A DNA stretch of 64,000 nucleotides from a virus (IMGVR_UViG_3300023301_000008:367-64366), one strand, 5' to 3'; counted from the stretch's first letter, positions 18,770 through 27,830 are shown. Notes: a model not told the origin generated them from the sequence alone. Numbers and translations are program-made.

Positions 18770-18838
18770 GCAGATATGTTGGAATAGGTAGACAAGCATC
18801 GCTGCAAGGGCGTGGGAGTTCAACTCTCCCTATCTGCA
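18770..18838 (+). pseudogene. tRNA-Leu-like RNA lacking the anticodon loop
   Basis: Perfect acceptor gcagata/tatctgc, Leu-type D arm, intact T arm; anticodon arm collapsed. Confidence 0.6.
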
Positions 18839-18894
18839 CTAGATGAGAGCCTCAGGCATTGCGCCTGGGGCTTTTTTCATGTAGACTGCCTGTC

Positions 18895-19146
18895 ATGGAA
18901 CACGAATTCATTTGTGAAGTCTGCGGACTCACCGAAATGCTGACTGACGAGCTGGCCTACACGAGCGGCTGGGACTACCCCCCTTTCGTAGGAGTGTGGG
19001 CAATCATCAGCCCCCGCGCATGCCCGGACTGCGATATGACAGATACCGCATGGTGGGCCCTGCAGACCGGCACCTCGCCGGACGATCTCACGGATAAGCA
19101 GAAAGAAGCCGTAGAGAGAATTATCTATGAAGTGCCCCGGAGCTAG
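18895..19146 (+). CDS. Small zinc-finger protein
   Basis: CEVC and CPDC pairs; leaderless start after tagact. Confidence 0.6.
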   Translation: MEHEFICEVCGLTEMLTDELAYTSGWDYPPFVGVWAIISPRACPDCDMTDTAWWALQTGTSPDDLTDKQKEAVERIIYEVPRS

Positions 19147-19168
19147 AGAAATTTGGTAGGGTAGACAC

Positions 19169-19612
19169 ATGACTCAAATACAAGAACTACAGAAGCGTAT
19201 CGGTGAAACCAATGGCAAGAACGGGTTCAACGAGTACGAAAAACTTCCCCCCGAACACCAGAACAACTATATCGGCAACAAACTCATGCTGGTCGGCTCC
19301 GAACTGGCCGAGGCTCAAGACGAGCTGCGCACCGGGCACCCGATTGACGAAACGTATTACACCACTCCTCCAGTGCCTACCTCTCTGGCTGTGGAGTTCC
19401 CCAGCGGGGGGGACGCGCAAGAATACTGGAATGAGTATCAGGCCGCAATTCCTGGCCCCAAGAAGCCTGAGGGATTCCCCTCTGAGATTGCCGACGCAGT
19501 TATTCGACTGTTCGGAGTCGCCTACGAGACCGGCATCGACCTAGAGGCCGCGATCCGGGAGAAGATGGCATACAACGACACCAGACCCTTCAAGCACGGA
19601 AAGAAGTTCTAG
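19169..19612 (+). CDS. MazG-like nucleotide pyrophosphohydrolase
   Basis: LVGSELAEAQDE, SEIADAVIR, EKMAYNDTRPFKHGKKF. Confidence 0.85.
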   Translation: MTQIQELQKRIGETNGKNGFNEYEKLPPEHQNNYIGNKLMLVGSELAEAQDELRTGHPIDETYYTTPPVPTSLAVEFPSGGDAQEYWNEYQAAIPGPKKPEGFPSEIADAVIRLFGVAYETGIDLEAAIREKMAYNDTRPFKHGKKF

Positions 19613-20311
19613 ATGACTGATATAACACTAAGCTCGGAGGTCACCGTAAAGCTGATCCGAGCCCTTGCCTCAGATGATGGGGTTGTGCAGGCCGCACAGG
19701 TGTCTGTGAAGGGAGAGAATAGCCCCGAGACCGATGCCCCACGGCTGATCAACTATCTGATGTCAAGCCGCCACGGGAGTCCATTCGAACACAACTCGCT
19801 CACTTTTTTCGTGGAAGCTCCAATCTTCGTGTTCCGCGAGTGGCACCGCCACAGGATCGCTTCGGTCAACGAGATGTCTGGCCGCTACTCCAAGCTCCTG
19901 CCTAAGTTCTACAGCCCCGCAGACGACCGCAAGCTGATCAACACGGGTACGAGCGCTCGCCCTGAGTTTGAGACCGGCACCGAGGGGCAGATGACCGTGG
20001 TCCAAGAAGGGGACCGCCTTGTGGCCCAAGTGGCATGGAACGAGTACGAGATTCGCCTGAATTCTGGTATCGCCAACGAAATTGCGCGTACGGTACTTCC
20101 AGTCTCAATCTACTCCCAGATGTATTGGACGGTCAACGCTCGTTCGCTAATGAATTTTCTGTCCCTACGCACAGACTCACCGGACGCAGCAGTACGCTCG
20201 CGGCCACAGCGAGAGATTGAGCTGGGTGCTGAGCTGATGGAGGCCGAGTTCGCTCACCTAATGCCCGCCACACACGCTTCGTTCGTAGCGAACGGACGAA
20301 TTGCTCCCTAA
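19613..20311 (+). CDS. thyX: FAD-dependent thymidylate synthase
   Basis: HGSPFEH, REWHRHR, NEMSGRY, NARSLMNFLSLR. Confidence 0.96.
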   Translation: MTDITLSSEVTVKLIRALASDDGVVQAAQVSVKGENSPETDAPRLINYLMSSRHGSPFEHNSLTFFVEAPIFVFREWHRHRIASVNEMSGRYSKLLPKFYSPADDRKLINTGTSARPEFETGTEGQMTVVQEGDRLVAQVAWNEYEIRLNSGIANEIARTVLPVSIYSQMYWTVNARSLMNFLSLRTDSPDAAVRSRPQREIELGAELMEAEFAHLMPATHASFVANGRIAP

Positions 20312-20486
20312 GAAATAGGGTGTTTCGACAAATTGCTGTTTAGTGAGACAAAAGGGCTTGTAAGATGTTCCGATCTGTGCTAGAGTAAGTACATGACGAA
20401 ATCACAGCGCAAGCAAAGTACCGGGACAGTGAATACTGTGTCCGGTATCAGCGGGCTGTAACCAAGTCATAAACAGACTTAGAAGA

Positions 20487-20518
20487 AGCCCCTGGTTGTA
20501 ATAACCTAGGGGCTTTTC
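20487..20518 (+). terminator. Intrinsic terminator
   Basis: gcccctgg...ctaggggc hairpin followed by ttttc. Confidence 0.7.
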
Positions 20519-20520
20519 TA

Positions 20521-21117
20521 TTGGAACGGAAAGCAACTTGTCCACTTGATGGGCTTGAAGTGTGTTATAATTATATAGTGGAAGATAAATGTAGATATCC
20601 TGAGTGTGGGAAAATTCCTGGAACTCGGCATCGTGGGCTGTGTCCGTATCACTATGGACACTGTAAAAACCTTGGAACACTGGAGGAGCACGCGAGACCG
20701 TCAAGAACTGGAAAAACCCACTTATTGACGAATGTAGATGAAAAAACTAGACACGGAACTTGTTCAGTGTGTGGGGCCACATCAGTATTCCTAAAAAGTA
20801 ACAGCAGATGGTATTGCTCCAGCACCAGGAACTCTACGGACCGTAGACCATATAACGTGGCGTACTACTACAAGAACAAGTACGGACTGGAGCCAGACGG
20901 CAAACAAAAGCTTGCTGAATCCCAAGACAACAAATGTCCAATTTGTGACACAGAAATTGACTTGACACGGACAAAATCTCACATCGATCATAACCACGAA
21001 ACTGGAGTGATTCGAGGGGTTTTGTGTAACACGTGTAATATGGGTTTAGGGCTGTTCTACGAGAATAGAAATCTTCTACTAAAAGCTGTGGCTTACTTAG
21101 ATAAGCACGAAAATTGA
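20521..21117 (+). CDS. Endonuclease VII-like homing endonuclease
   Basis: QDNKCPIC...HIDHNHETGVIRGVLCNTCNMGLG; start uncertain. Confidence 0.88.
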   Translation: MERKATCPLDGLEVCYNYIVEDKCRYPECGKIPGTRHRGLCPYHYGHCKNLGTLEEHARPSRTGKTHLLTNVDEKTRHGTCSVCGATSVFLKSNSRWYCSSTRNSTDRRPYNVAYYYKNKYGLEPDGKQKLAESQDNKCPICDTEIDLTRTKSHIDHNHETGVIRGVLCNTCNMGLGLFYENRNLLLKAVAYLDKHEN

Positions 21118-21246
21118 AACAAAAATAGTGGATAAGTATTAATCTCCCCATAGTTCCAGTACGGTCCTGCCCAAACGCAGGTTACGACTGGTGTTGGCGT
21201 TCAGGAAGGGAGACTTGTGGGGTAGAGTGAACGTAGCCCCACGCCT

Positions 21247-21330
21247 GGAGTGTGACCCTGACTGGTGGAGGGGTACGCTTGGAAAGCGTCACGTACCGAG
21301 AGGTATGAAGTTCGATCCTTCCGCGCTCCG
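21247..21330 (+). tRNA. tRNA-Ser(GGA)
   Basis: acgc-ttGGAaa-gcgt, long variable arm. Confidence 0.85.
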
Positions 21331-21381
21331 CATACTCCCCTACGCAGCGTGTGAAATCCGTGACGGTGTTTGGGGTTAAAT

Positions 21382-21465
21382 GGATAGTAAACCGGCCAGG
21401 TGGTCGGGACAGCTTCGAAAACTGATCGCACCGAGAGGTGTGAGAATCGTGTTCTCTGCTATCCG
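21382..21465 (+). tRNA. tRNA-Ser(CGA)
   Basis: ttCGAaa loop, long variable arm. Confidence 0.8.
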
Positions 21466-21469
21466 CACT

Positions 21470-21555
21470 GGAAAATAAATCTGGGGGGTCCCAGAACTAG
21501 TCTTGAAAACTAGCGGTACCTGAGAGGGTATGGGTTTCGAATACTCTGTTTTCCG
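21470..21555 (+). tRNA. tRNA-Ser(TGA)
   Basis: ctagt-ctTGAaa-actag. Confidence 0.85.
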
Positions 21556-21559
21556 CTTT

Positions 21560-21643
21560 GGAGGGTAATTCAGTCTGGTGGCTGAGCATCCCTGCTAAGG
21601 ATCGCGCACCGAAAGGTGTAGGTTTCGATTACTTTGCCCTCCG
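21560..21643 (+). tRNA. tRNA-Ser(GCT)
   Basis: atcc-ctGCTaa-ggat. Confidence 0.85.
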
Positions 21644-21694
21644 CGATTGACTTGCAGGTTTCGATCTGTTAGACTAGTTTTACCCGACCCTCAT

Positions 21695-21765
21695 GGGCCT
21701 ATAGCTGAGGGGATTAGCATCTGGCTCTTAACCAGAGGACGCGGGTCCGATTCCCGCTGGGCCTA
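21695..21765 (+). tRNA. tRNA-Lys(CTT)
   Basis: tctgg-ctCTTaa-ccaga. Confidence 0.88.
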
Positions 21766-21896
21766 CAATGAGAGATAAGCTTTCTGTTCTAGAGCAGGAA
21801 GTCTAAGACTCAGGAACACAGGAAACAACTTGTAGTCTAGACCTTCAGTTGCTCCTCCCGTACAGTCGGGCGAACCGGGTTTCGATAAGCCCACTT

Positions 21897-21968
21897 GGGT
21901 CTCTCGTATATCGGAAAATACTGTAGGCTTTTACCCTTCAAAGCGGGGTTCGACTCCCCGGGGACCCA
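21897..21968 (+). tRNA. tRNA-Lys(TTT)
   Basis: ctTTTac loop, canonical T arm. Confidence 0.8.
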
Positions 21969-22012
21969 CTCGACCGTTCCGTTAGCCGGTCTCTAAAATG
22001 TTAGCGGGGTGC

Positions 22013-22083
22013 GTGGGTGTAGCTTAATGGTAAAGTACGACTCTTCCAAAGTTGTGATGCCGGTCCGATTCCGGTCACCCGCT
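22013..22083 (+). tRNA. tRNA-Gly(TCC)
   Basis: cgact-ctTCCaa-agttg. Confidence 0.88.
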
Positions 22084-22089
22084 CTCTAA

Positions 22090-22160
22090 CCCCCTGTAGC
22101 TCAGAGGAAGAGCAATCACCTTTAAGCGATGGGCCGAGATATCGTAATTCTCTGGGGGGA
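22090..22160 (+). pseudogene. Degenerate tRNA (Arg-TCT-like body, 6-nt anticodon loop ctttaa)
   Basis: Acceptor ccccctg/tgggggg, D arm gctc..gagc; anticodon loop one nt short. Confidence 0.55.
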
Positions 22161-22224
22161 CGCATGAAACTTAGGTAGTCAGGCATCTAAGGAACTGCGC
22201 CCGCCGTGTGCGGTGGCCTGACAT

Positions 22225-22295
22225 GTGGATATGGTGAAATGGTATCATCATAGCTTGCCAAGCTATGGGCGCGGGTTCGATTCCCGCTATCCGCT
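22225..22295 (+). tRNA. tRNA-Gly(GCC)
   Basis: atagc-ttGCCaa-gctat. Confidence 0.9.
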
Positions 22296-22382
22296 CGATA
22301 AGGGTACGCGACCCTTAGAAAGTCCTTTGATGCCTCTCGTTAAGTGGGAGAGGGTAGTTGGGAATCCAATTCAAAGGCATTT

Positions 22383-22455
22383 GCCTCCTTAGCTCATCAG
22401 GTAGAGCGCCACTCTTGTAAAGTGGATGTGATCGGTTCGATTCCGGTAGGTGGCA
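22383..22455 (+). tRNA. tRNA-Thr(TGT)
   Basis: ccact-ctTGTaa-agtgg. Confidence 0.9.
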
Positions 22456-22600
22456 CGGATACAGCATAGCTCAAGCAGGGCCCCAGTCGCGGTACCACGC
22501 GATCAGACGGTCCCCGAAGTGCTCCCCCTGCCGTTCGTGACAAATGGTTCTAGACGGCGGTAAGGGTAAGGAGAGGTTGGCTCTTCTCTGGTTTCCACCC

Positions 22601-22672
22601 GCCTCGTTAGCTCAGTGGTAGAGCACTTCTCTCGTAAAGAAGGGGTCGTCAGTTCAATCCCGACACGAGGCT
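22601..22672 (+). tRNA. tRNA-Thr(CGT)
   Basis: cttct-ctCGTaa-agaag. Confidence 0.9.
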
Positions 22673-22721
22673 CAATAAAAGACCTAAGGGGGAAATGCCC
22701 TCGGAGGAGAAAGATAGCATC

Positions 22722-22859
22722 ATGGCAACACAATCAGAAGCAGTAGCCTTGGCATTGGATACACTGGTCAAAATGGTGGAGGACAATGAAACGCCCTACG
22801 GGACGCGACTTGAAGCCATCAGAGAGATTTTCAGATACGACATGAGTCTACGACAGTAG
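22722..22859 (+). CDS. Small hypothetical protein (45 aa)
   Basis: MATQSEAVALALDTLVKMVED...; purine-rich RBS upstream. Confidence 0.45.
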   Translation: MATQSEAVALALDTLVKMVEDNETPYGTRLEAIREIFRYDMSLRQ

Positions 22860-22891
22860 CTTGAAGAGGGGTGCGACTCTAACGCACAATT

Positions 22892-22963
22892 GCCGCCTTA
22901 TATCAGTGGTAGATGGCGAACTTGGTAAGTTCGAGGCCGTGAGTTCAATCCTCACAGGCGGCA
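22892..22963 (+). tRNA. tRNA-Thr(GGT)
   Basis: cgaac-ttGGTaa-gttcg. Confidence 0.9.
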
Positions 22964-23120
22964 CGGCAGCAGACGAATATCGGGGTTGCACCTGAGAGTT
23001 TCGTCTAACCTAGGCATCGGATTTTTCAGTTCCGCGTGCGGTCTAGGGACACATGGGGGCTTATGGCTTTGTACTCCAAAAACTGACAGGCTGGCGAGGA
23101 TGCAACTCCGGACCAGCTAT

Positions 23121-23192
23121 GATCGTATAGCTCAGCGGTAGAGCTGCAGTGTGACACACTGCCTGTCGGGGGTTCAAATCCCTCTACGATCA
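23121..23192 (+). tRNA. tRNA-Val(GAC)
   Basis: gcagt-gtGACac-actgc. Confidence 0.88.
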
Positions 23193-23302
23193 CGCTTGAC
23201 TAACAGACCCAAGTCTGGTAGACTAAAGAAGTAGTGGTTGGGTTTCTTCAAGCTAACTAGGATTGTAACCTTCCGGCAGGTACCGCTGGAAACAACTCCC
23301 CC

Positions 23303-23371
23303 GGACCGGGGGCTGGTGTTCGATTGACTTTTACACGGTCGATTTGCTGAGTCCGATTCTCAGTCGGTCTA
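23303..23371 (+). tRNA. Atypical tRNA-Val(TAC) with reduced D arm and extended anticodon stem
   Basis: Acceptor ggaccgg/tcggtct; gattgac-ttTACac-ggtcgatt; T arm ctgag/ctcag. Confidence 0.6.
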
Positions 23372-23396
23372 CAAGGCTTGCATCCTACTGCTGTAT

Positions 23397-23467
23397 TCCT
23401 CTTTAGCTCCAAGGCGGAGCAAACGGCTGTTAACCGTAAGGGTCAGGTTCGATTCCTGAAGGGGGAG
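23397..23467 (+). tRNA. tRNA-Asn(GTT)
   Basis: acgg-ctGTTaa-ccgt. Confidence 0.88.
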
Positions 23468-23556
23468 CGACGAGGGTTTTTGCAAGTTTTACTCGGAGTG
23501 GAGGAAAAATGTGACGGATGCGGTCCAGAGTTCTAGAAATGGAGCCGTATCAACCT

Positions 23557-23629
23557 GTCTCCATAGCTCAGTGGATAGAGCGATTGACTACGCATCAATA
23601 GGCCGGGGGTTCAAATCCCTCTGGGGATA
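23557..23629 (+). tRNA. tRNA-Arg(ACG)
   Basis: attga-ctACGca-tcaat. Confidence 0.9.
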
Positions 23630-23634
23630 CGCAT

Positions 23635-23706
23635 GCCTCTATAACTCAACGGAAGAGTAGTAGCCTTCGAAGCTAAAAGTTGGGAGTTCGAATCTCTCTG
23701 GGGGCA
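23635..23706 (+). tRNA. tRNA-Arg(TCG)
   Basis: tagc-ctTCGaa-gcta. Confidence 0.85.
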
Positions 23707-23760
23707 CTAGAGGGGGAGCGACCTCTAGGACACCTGGGTGTCCGGTAAAAACGCTCGTAT

Positions 23761-23831
23761 TCCCCGTTAGTGTAACGGTAACACGACTGACTCTGACTCA
23801 GTTATTCTTGGTTCGAATCCAGGATGGGGAG
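23761..23831 (+). tRNA. tRNA-Gln(CTG)
   Basis: actga-ctCTGac-tcagt. Confidence 0.9.
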
Positions 23832-23883
23832 CAACATTCAAGACACTATTGACAATGACAGAAAGAACAGGTAGTCTCAGAAC

Positions 23884-25050
23884 ATGACACATTTTATCAA
23901 ACAAGGATCGCGCTACATGGTGGCCCCAGCTGAGGCTATCGATATGCGCAAGACCCTTCCTGAAGGGACGTACACGGTAAAGTTTGACGAAATGAGCGGA
24001 TCGTTCTACCTAGAGGTCATCGAAGACTTCACAGTAGCCACCAAGATTTACGGCGACACCACCAAGCATGCCAACCGAATCCTCGAAACTTTCGCGGACC
24101 GCCCCAACTCTACCGGAGTCATGCTCTCGGGGGAGAAAGGCAGCGGCAAGACGCTCTTGGCCAAGGTCATTAGCGTCCGTGCTCGCAAGGCCGGTATCCC
24201 CACCATTGTCATCAACAACGCGTGGTGCGGTGAAGTATTCAACGGGTTCATTCAAATGATTGAACAGCCTACTGTCATCATCTTTGACGAGTTCGAGAAA
24301 GTGTACGACCGAAACGAGCAGGAAAAAATGCTCACTCTGTTGGATGGTGTCTACCCCAGCAAGAAACTCTTTATCCTCACGTGCAACGACAAGTACCGCG
24401 TGAATACGCAGATGACCAACCGCCCCGGTCGAATCTTTTACCGCATGGACTACGCTGGTCTGGAGAACTCATTCATCATGGAGTATTGCGCCGATAACCT
24501 TGAGAACAAGGGCCACACGGACTCCATCTGCAGGATCGCCATGGCGTTCTCGGAGTTCAACTTTGACATACTCAAAGCTTTGATCGAAGAGATGAACCGC
24601 TACAAGGAAACTCCTCAACAGGCCATGGAAATGCTCAACGCCAAGCCTGAGTTCAGCGAGGGTGCTGATTACATGGTTCAGATCAAGGTCAACGATGTCA
24701 AGATTGATAAGGACAAGTTTGACGACTACTGCTGGAGCGGAAACCCGCTGGCTGGCACTGTACGAGTCGGCTACTACACCTCAGGCCCGGTCAGAAAAAA
24801 GCGCAGTCGCCCGGGCCGTGATACAAGCCCTGAGGCTCCGGTTTCCGCGAAGGAACTGATGGACAATCTCTTCGGTGACGATGACGTGGCTGAGGAGTCC
24901 GCATACACGTACCAGGACTTCACAAGCGCGGACCTCAAGGTGGTAGATTCTGCCGGAGGCAAGTTCAAGTTCGTGAACGGTGCTGGCTCCAAGCTCACCC
25001 TCACACGAATCCGTGCTCCGAAGTCCAACGTGGACTACAGCGCGTTCTAG
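23884..25050 (+). CDS. AAA+ ATPase
   Basis: GEKGSGKT Walker A, IIFDEFEK Walker B, NRPGRIFY. Confidence 0.9.
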   Translation: MTHFIKQGSRYMVAPAEAIDMRKTLPEGTYTVKFDEMSGSFYLEVIEDFTVATKIYGDTTKHANRILETFADRPNSTGVMLSGEKGSGKTLLAKVISVRARKAGIPTIVINNAWCGEVFNGFIQMIEQPTVIIFDEFEKVYDRNEQEKMLTLLDGVYPSKKLFILTCNDKYRVNTQMTNRPGRIFYRMDYAGLENSFIMEYCADNLENKGHTDSICRIAMAFSEFNFDILKALIEEMNRYKETPQQAMEMLNAKPEFSEGADYMVQIKVNDVKIDKDKFDDYCWSGNPLAGTVRVGYYTSGPVRKKRSRPGRDTSPEAPVSAKELMDNLFGDDDVAEESAYTYQDFTSADLKVVDSAGGKFKFVNGAGSKLTLTRIRAPKSNVDYSAF

Positions 25051-25091
25051 TAGCAACCGGCGAGGTGCCCCCGGTAAAATTGGCACCGTAT

Positions 25092-25165
25092 TCCCCGGTA
25101 GCACAATTGGTAGTTGCGGCAGTCTTTGAAACTGTAGGTTGTTGGTCCGAATCCAACTCGGGGAG
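25092..25165 (+). tRNA. tRNA-Gln(TTG)
   Basis: gcagt-ctTTGaa-actgt. Confidence 0.88.
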
Positions 25166-25187
25166 CACTACTTATCCACTATTTTCT

Positions 25188-25258
25188 GCCTCTCTAGCTC
25201 AGCGGAAGAGCACATCTTTCCTAAAGATGTGGCCCCGGTTCGATTCCGGGGAGGGGCA
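25188..25258 (+). tRNA. tRNA-Arg(CCT)
   Basis: catct-ttCCTaa-agatg. Confidence 0.88.
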
Positions 25259-25294
25259 CTTGCATTGAGTCTCCTCAGATGATAGACTGCTCTA

Positions 25295-25540
25295 ATGACT
25301 GACATAGAAACAGAACACGAACCCTGGACCGTCAACACCTTGATCGAAATTCTCGGGGAATATGACAAAGACGCGAAGATTAACGTCACCATGTACCCCT
25401 CTTGGAGAGGCATCTTCGTGATGATTCTTTGGAGAGTTCCGTACGTTGGTCGCTGGTCTCTCAAGCACAACCTTGATGTCCTTCCAAGCATGCCCATCAC
25501 TGCGGTGTCCACCTCAGATAGTGGAGTGGATATTGGTTAA
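25295..25540 (+). CDS. Hypothetical protein
   Basis: Leaderless ATG after a ttgcat-N17-tagact promoter. Confidence 0.55.
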   Translation: MTDIETEHEPWTVNTLIEILGEYDKDAKINVTMYPSWRGIFVMILWRVPYVGRWSLKHNLDVLPSMPITAVSTSDSGVDIG

Positions 25541-25579
25541 GGGCTTGCACTCCTAGTGCAGACCTGCTAGAATCTTGAT

Positions 25580-25810
25580 ATGGCAAAAGACAGAGATGAA
25601 TTCAGTGACGTAAAATCAGGCACGGCTGTTGCAGACCTTATAGGTAGAAGGCATGGTCGTGTAGTGGTCGTAATCGGCAAAGGTATGTTCCGAATCCGCT
25701 GGGAGGACGACGAAGACGAGATTCTTCAGCGTCACCAGCTCCTGGTTCGGTACACCACCGAGAGCCCCAAATTCATCCCAGGGCGCGTCAAGGTCTCAGA
25801 GAGGCCGTGA
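25580..25810 (+). CDS. Hypothetical protein
   Basis: Leaderless ATG after a ttgcac-N17-tagaat promoter. Confidence 0.55.
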   Translation: MAKDRDEFSDVKSGTAVADLIGRRHGRVVVVIGKGMFRIRWEDDEDEILQRHQLLVRYTTESPKFIPGRVKVSERP

Positions 25811-25917
25811 TAAGGTAGTCCTATGAGAAACGAAATCTACACTGACTATGACACTATTTAGGTCATAGATTCGAAGCGGGAACCGACCCGCTATCTATGG
25901 CCGGAAATGAGGTCATT

Positions 25918-26562
25918 ATGTCGAGAACCGACAAAGATCGTCCCTACTGGGTCAGGCAGAACGATGACGGAACAAACACCGATCACGGCCACCTTAAGCT
26001 GGGCAAGACGATCTACAGAACGTATTACGTGTATGACGAAAATGGCAAGGTCGTCTTCCACGAAGAGCCACAGTTCTATTCTGCAAGCCTCATTGTGCAG
26101 AACGTCAGTGGACTTACACGCTACTACACCATTTACACCTTCTCTGAAGAGGCAGTCAATGAGGCGCGTGAGCTAGTCAAAAAGGGCAAACCATACGATC
26201 AGGTGCAAACCGGTGTGCGGCTCGTGGCTCAGACAGAGAAGGTCGTGGCCGTGGTGCTCAAGGACTACTGCACCGAGGGTGAAAAGCTCACGGGCGGTGG
26301 CTACGGGCACTATGACGATCTGCCCTGCACCCCAGCAATGGCTCCAGGCGACTGGGGGTATTGCTACAGCTCTTTTAGCAGTAGCGGAAAGAAAAAGCGC
26401 GGATACTACGATATGCGTAATGGCTTGTCTCGACGTACGTCCCGAGACTATCTGCGTGGTGTCGTCGATAGCTTTAACACCTACGGAGAGGCCTTCGATG
26501 ACGATGACGAGCTGCCCCTGACCGCACAGCACCGTCACTCTATGTTGTGGGACCTTTACTAG
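25918..26562 (+). CDS. Hypothetical protein (MSRTDKDRPYWV-type)
   Basis: ORF with gaggt RBS and Arg/Tyr-rich C-terminus. Confidence 0.6.
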   Translation: MSRTDKDRPYWVRQNDDGTNTDHGHLKLGKTIYRTYYVYDENGKVVFHEEPQFYSASLIVQNVSGLTRYYTIYTFSEEAVNEARELVKKGKPYDQVQTGVRLVAQTEKVVAVVLKDYCTEGEKLTGGGYGHYDDLPCTPAMAPGDWGYCYSSFSSSGKKKRGYYDMRNGLSRRTSRDYLRGVVDSFNTYGEAFDDDDELPLTAQHRHSMLWDLY

Positions 26563-26715
26563 AAAAGGCTTGACGACAGGGTAAGAGCCTGATAGAGTAA
26601 GAGTATGATAACCAACGTATACCCTGTAGCACTGCCGGGAGCGGTACACGAGACCCTGATGTGGGCGAACGAAGTGGCCCACTTGCAGACGATCCTCTGC
26701 GTGAAAGGCTAAACC

Positions 26716-27186
26716 ATGGGAATGATTATCCACCAAACAGGAGACCTGTTCACAACTGACGCACGTGCTATTGGGCATGGTGTTAATGTCGATGGCATTA
26801 TGGGCTCAGGCATTGCTTTGCAGTTCAAAGAACGCTTCCCCGATATGCACAATGAGTACAAAAAGCTCTGCAAGTCGGGTGAACTGGAGCCTGGAGGCCT
26901 TATGGTCTACGAACAGGCTCCGGGGCTGTATATTTACAACCTCGCGTCACAGGATCGCCCGGGGGCTAACGCCTCCTACGAATGGCTGTCTGAGAGCTTC
27001 AGACGTGCGCTGGGTGTTGCCGAGGCTGATGGGTTGAAAGAGATTGCTCTCCCACGGATTGGTTCTGGTATCGGTGGGCTCAATGAGCGTCAGGTTGAGG
27101 GCATGATTGCAGACATCATTGCCCCTACCCGGGTGAACGTAGAAATTTGGTCCCCCCCTCAAAAGGACATTTATGTGGTAATCTAG
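26716..27186 (+). CDS. Macrodomain ADP-ribose hydrolase (TARG1/DarG-like)
   Basis: GDLF...HGVNVDGIMGSGIALQFK, IYNLASQ, LPRIGSGIGGL. Confidence 0.9.
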   Translation: MGMIIHQTGDLFTTDARAIGHGVNVDGIMGSGIALQFKERFPDMHNEYKKLCKSGELEPGGLMVYEQAPGLYIYNLASQDRPGANASYEWLSESFRRALGVAEADGLKEIALPRIGSGIGGLNERQVEGMIADIIAPTRVNVEIWSPPQKDIYVVI

Positions 27187-27193
27187 TAGTAAT

Positions 27194-27268
27194 GGTGGTG
27201 TGGCTGACTGGTTTAGGCGCTGCTCTGCAAAAGCAGATAAGGGAGTTCAATTCTCCCCATTACCTCCA
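27194..27268 (+). tRNA. tRNA-Cys(GCA)
   Basis: ctgct-ctGCAaa-agcag; CCA encoded. Confidence 0.9.
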
Positions 27269-27269
27269 C

Positions 27270-27343
27270 CTCTCCATAGCTCAGCGGATTAGAGCAGAAG
27301 GTTTCTACCCTTCGTGCCGGGGGTTCGACTCCCTCTGGAGAGA
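27270..27343 (+). tRNA. tRNA-Arg(TCT)
   Basis: gaagg-ttTCTac-ccttc. Confidence 0.9.
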
Positions 27344-27753
27344 CATGACAAACAAAAACGAAGACATGAAATTGAGCCTCCACCCGGACGCTTTGGATAG
27401 AAACTGCGGGTCCTTGGACGTGTCCACGGACTTTGATTCCTCTTGCCTCCCTACAACCTGGATTTGGCTGACCTTCAACACTCCGTATGAGCCGTGGTTC
27501 AGACTGACGTTTGCTGAGGCGGCGGAATTGCGAGACCGACTCAGCGACGAGCTGGTTGTCTACGACACACTGACCGATGAGCAGAAGCGCATTGCCGATA
27601 CGGAGTAGGTGCTATGATGTTGGATGGCTTCCGCTTGCAAATGCCGTCACAGGTGCTCACAGCCGAATTGTGGTTGTGGGTCATCCTGTGATTATTGTTC
27701 CCATAAAGCCTAGACAAACGATATAGAGTATGCTAGAATGTAAATTCACGCAC

Positions 27754-27830
27754 TGGGGTTTAGCTCATCTGGTTAGAGCGCGTCACTGATAATGACGAGG
27801 CACGCAGTTCAAGTCTGCGAATCCCAACCA
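27754..27830 (+). tRNA. tRNA-Ile(GAT)
   Basis: cgtca-ctGATaa-tgacg; CCA encoded. Confidence 0.92.

Noticed and set aside
18770-18838. tRNA-Cys(GCA) call from the ctGCAag loop
   Set aside because: The flanking stem does not pair, the body is Leu-type, and a proper tRNA-Cys exists at 27194.
21970-23760. HDV-like (theta) ribozymes after tRNAs
   Set aside because: I could not find the nested P1-P2-P3-P1.1 topology. The elements are simple H-type pseudoknots; a descriptor search is needed to exclude this fully.
14804-27608. ORF-track entries overlapping tRNAs (e.g. 15062-15373, 16473-17111, 25065-25268, 5' part of 27147-27608)
   Set aside because: Spurious translations of tRNA genes.
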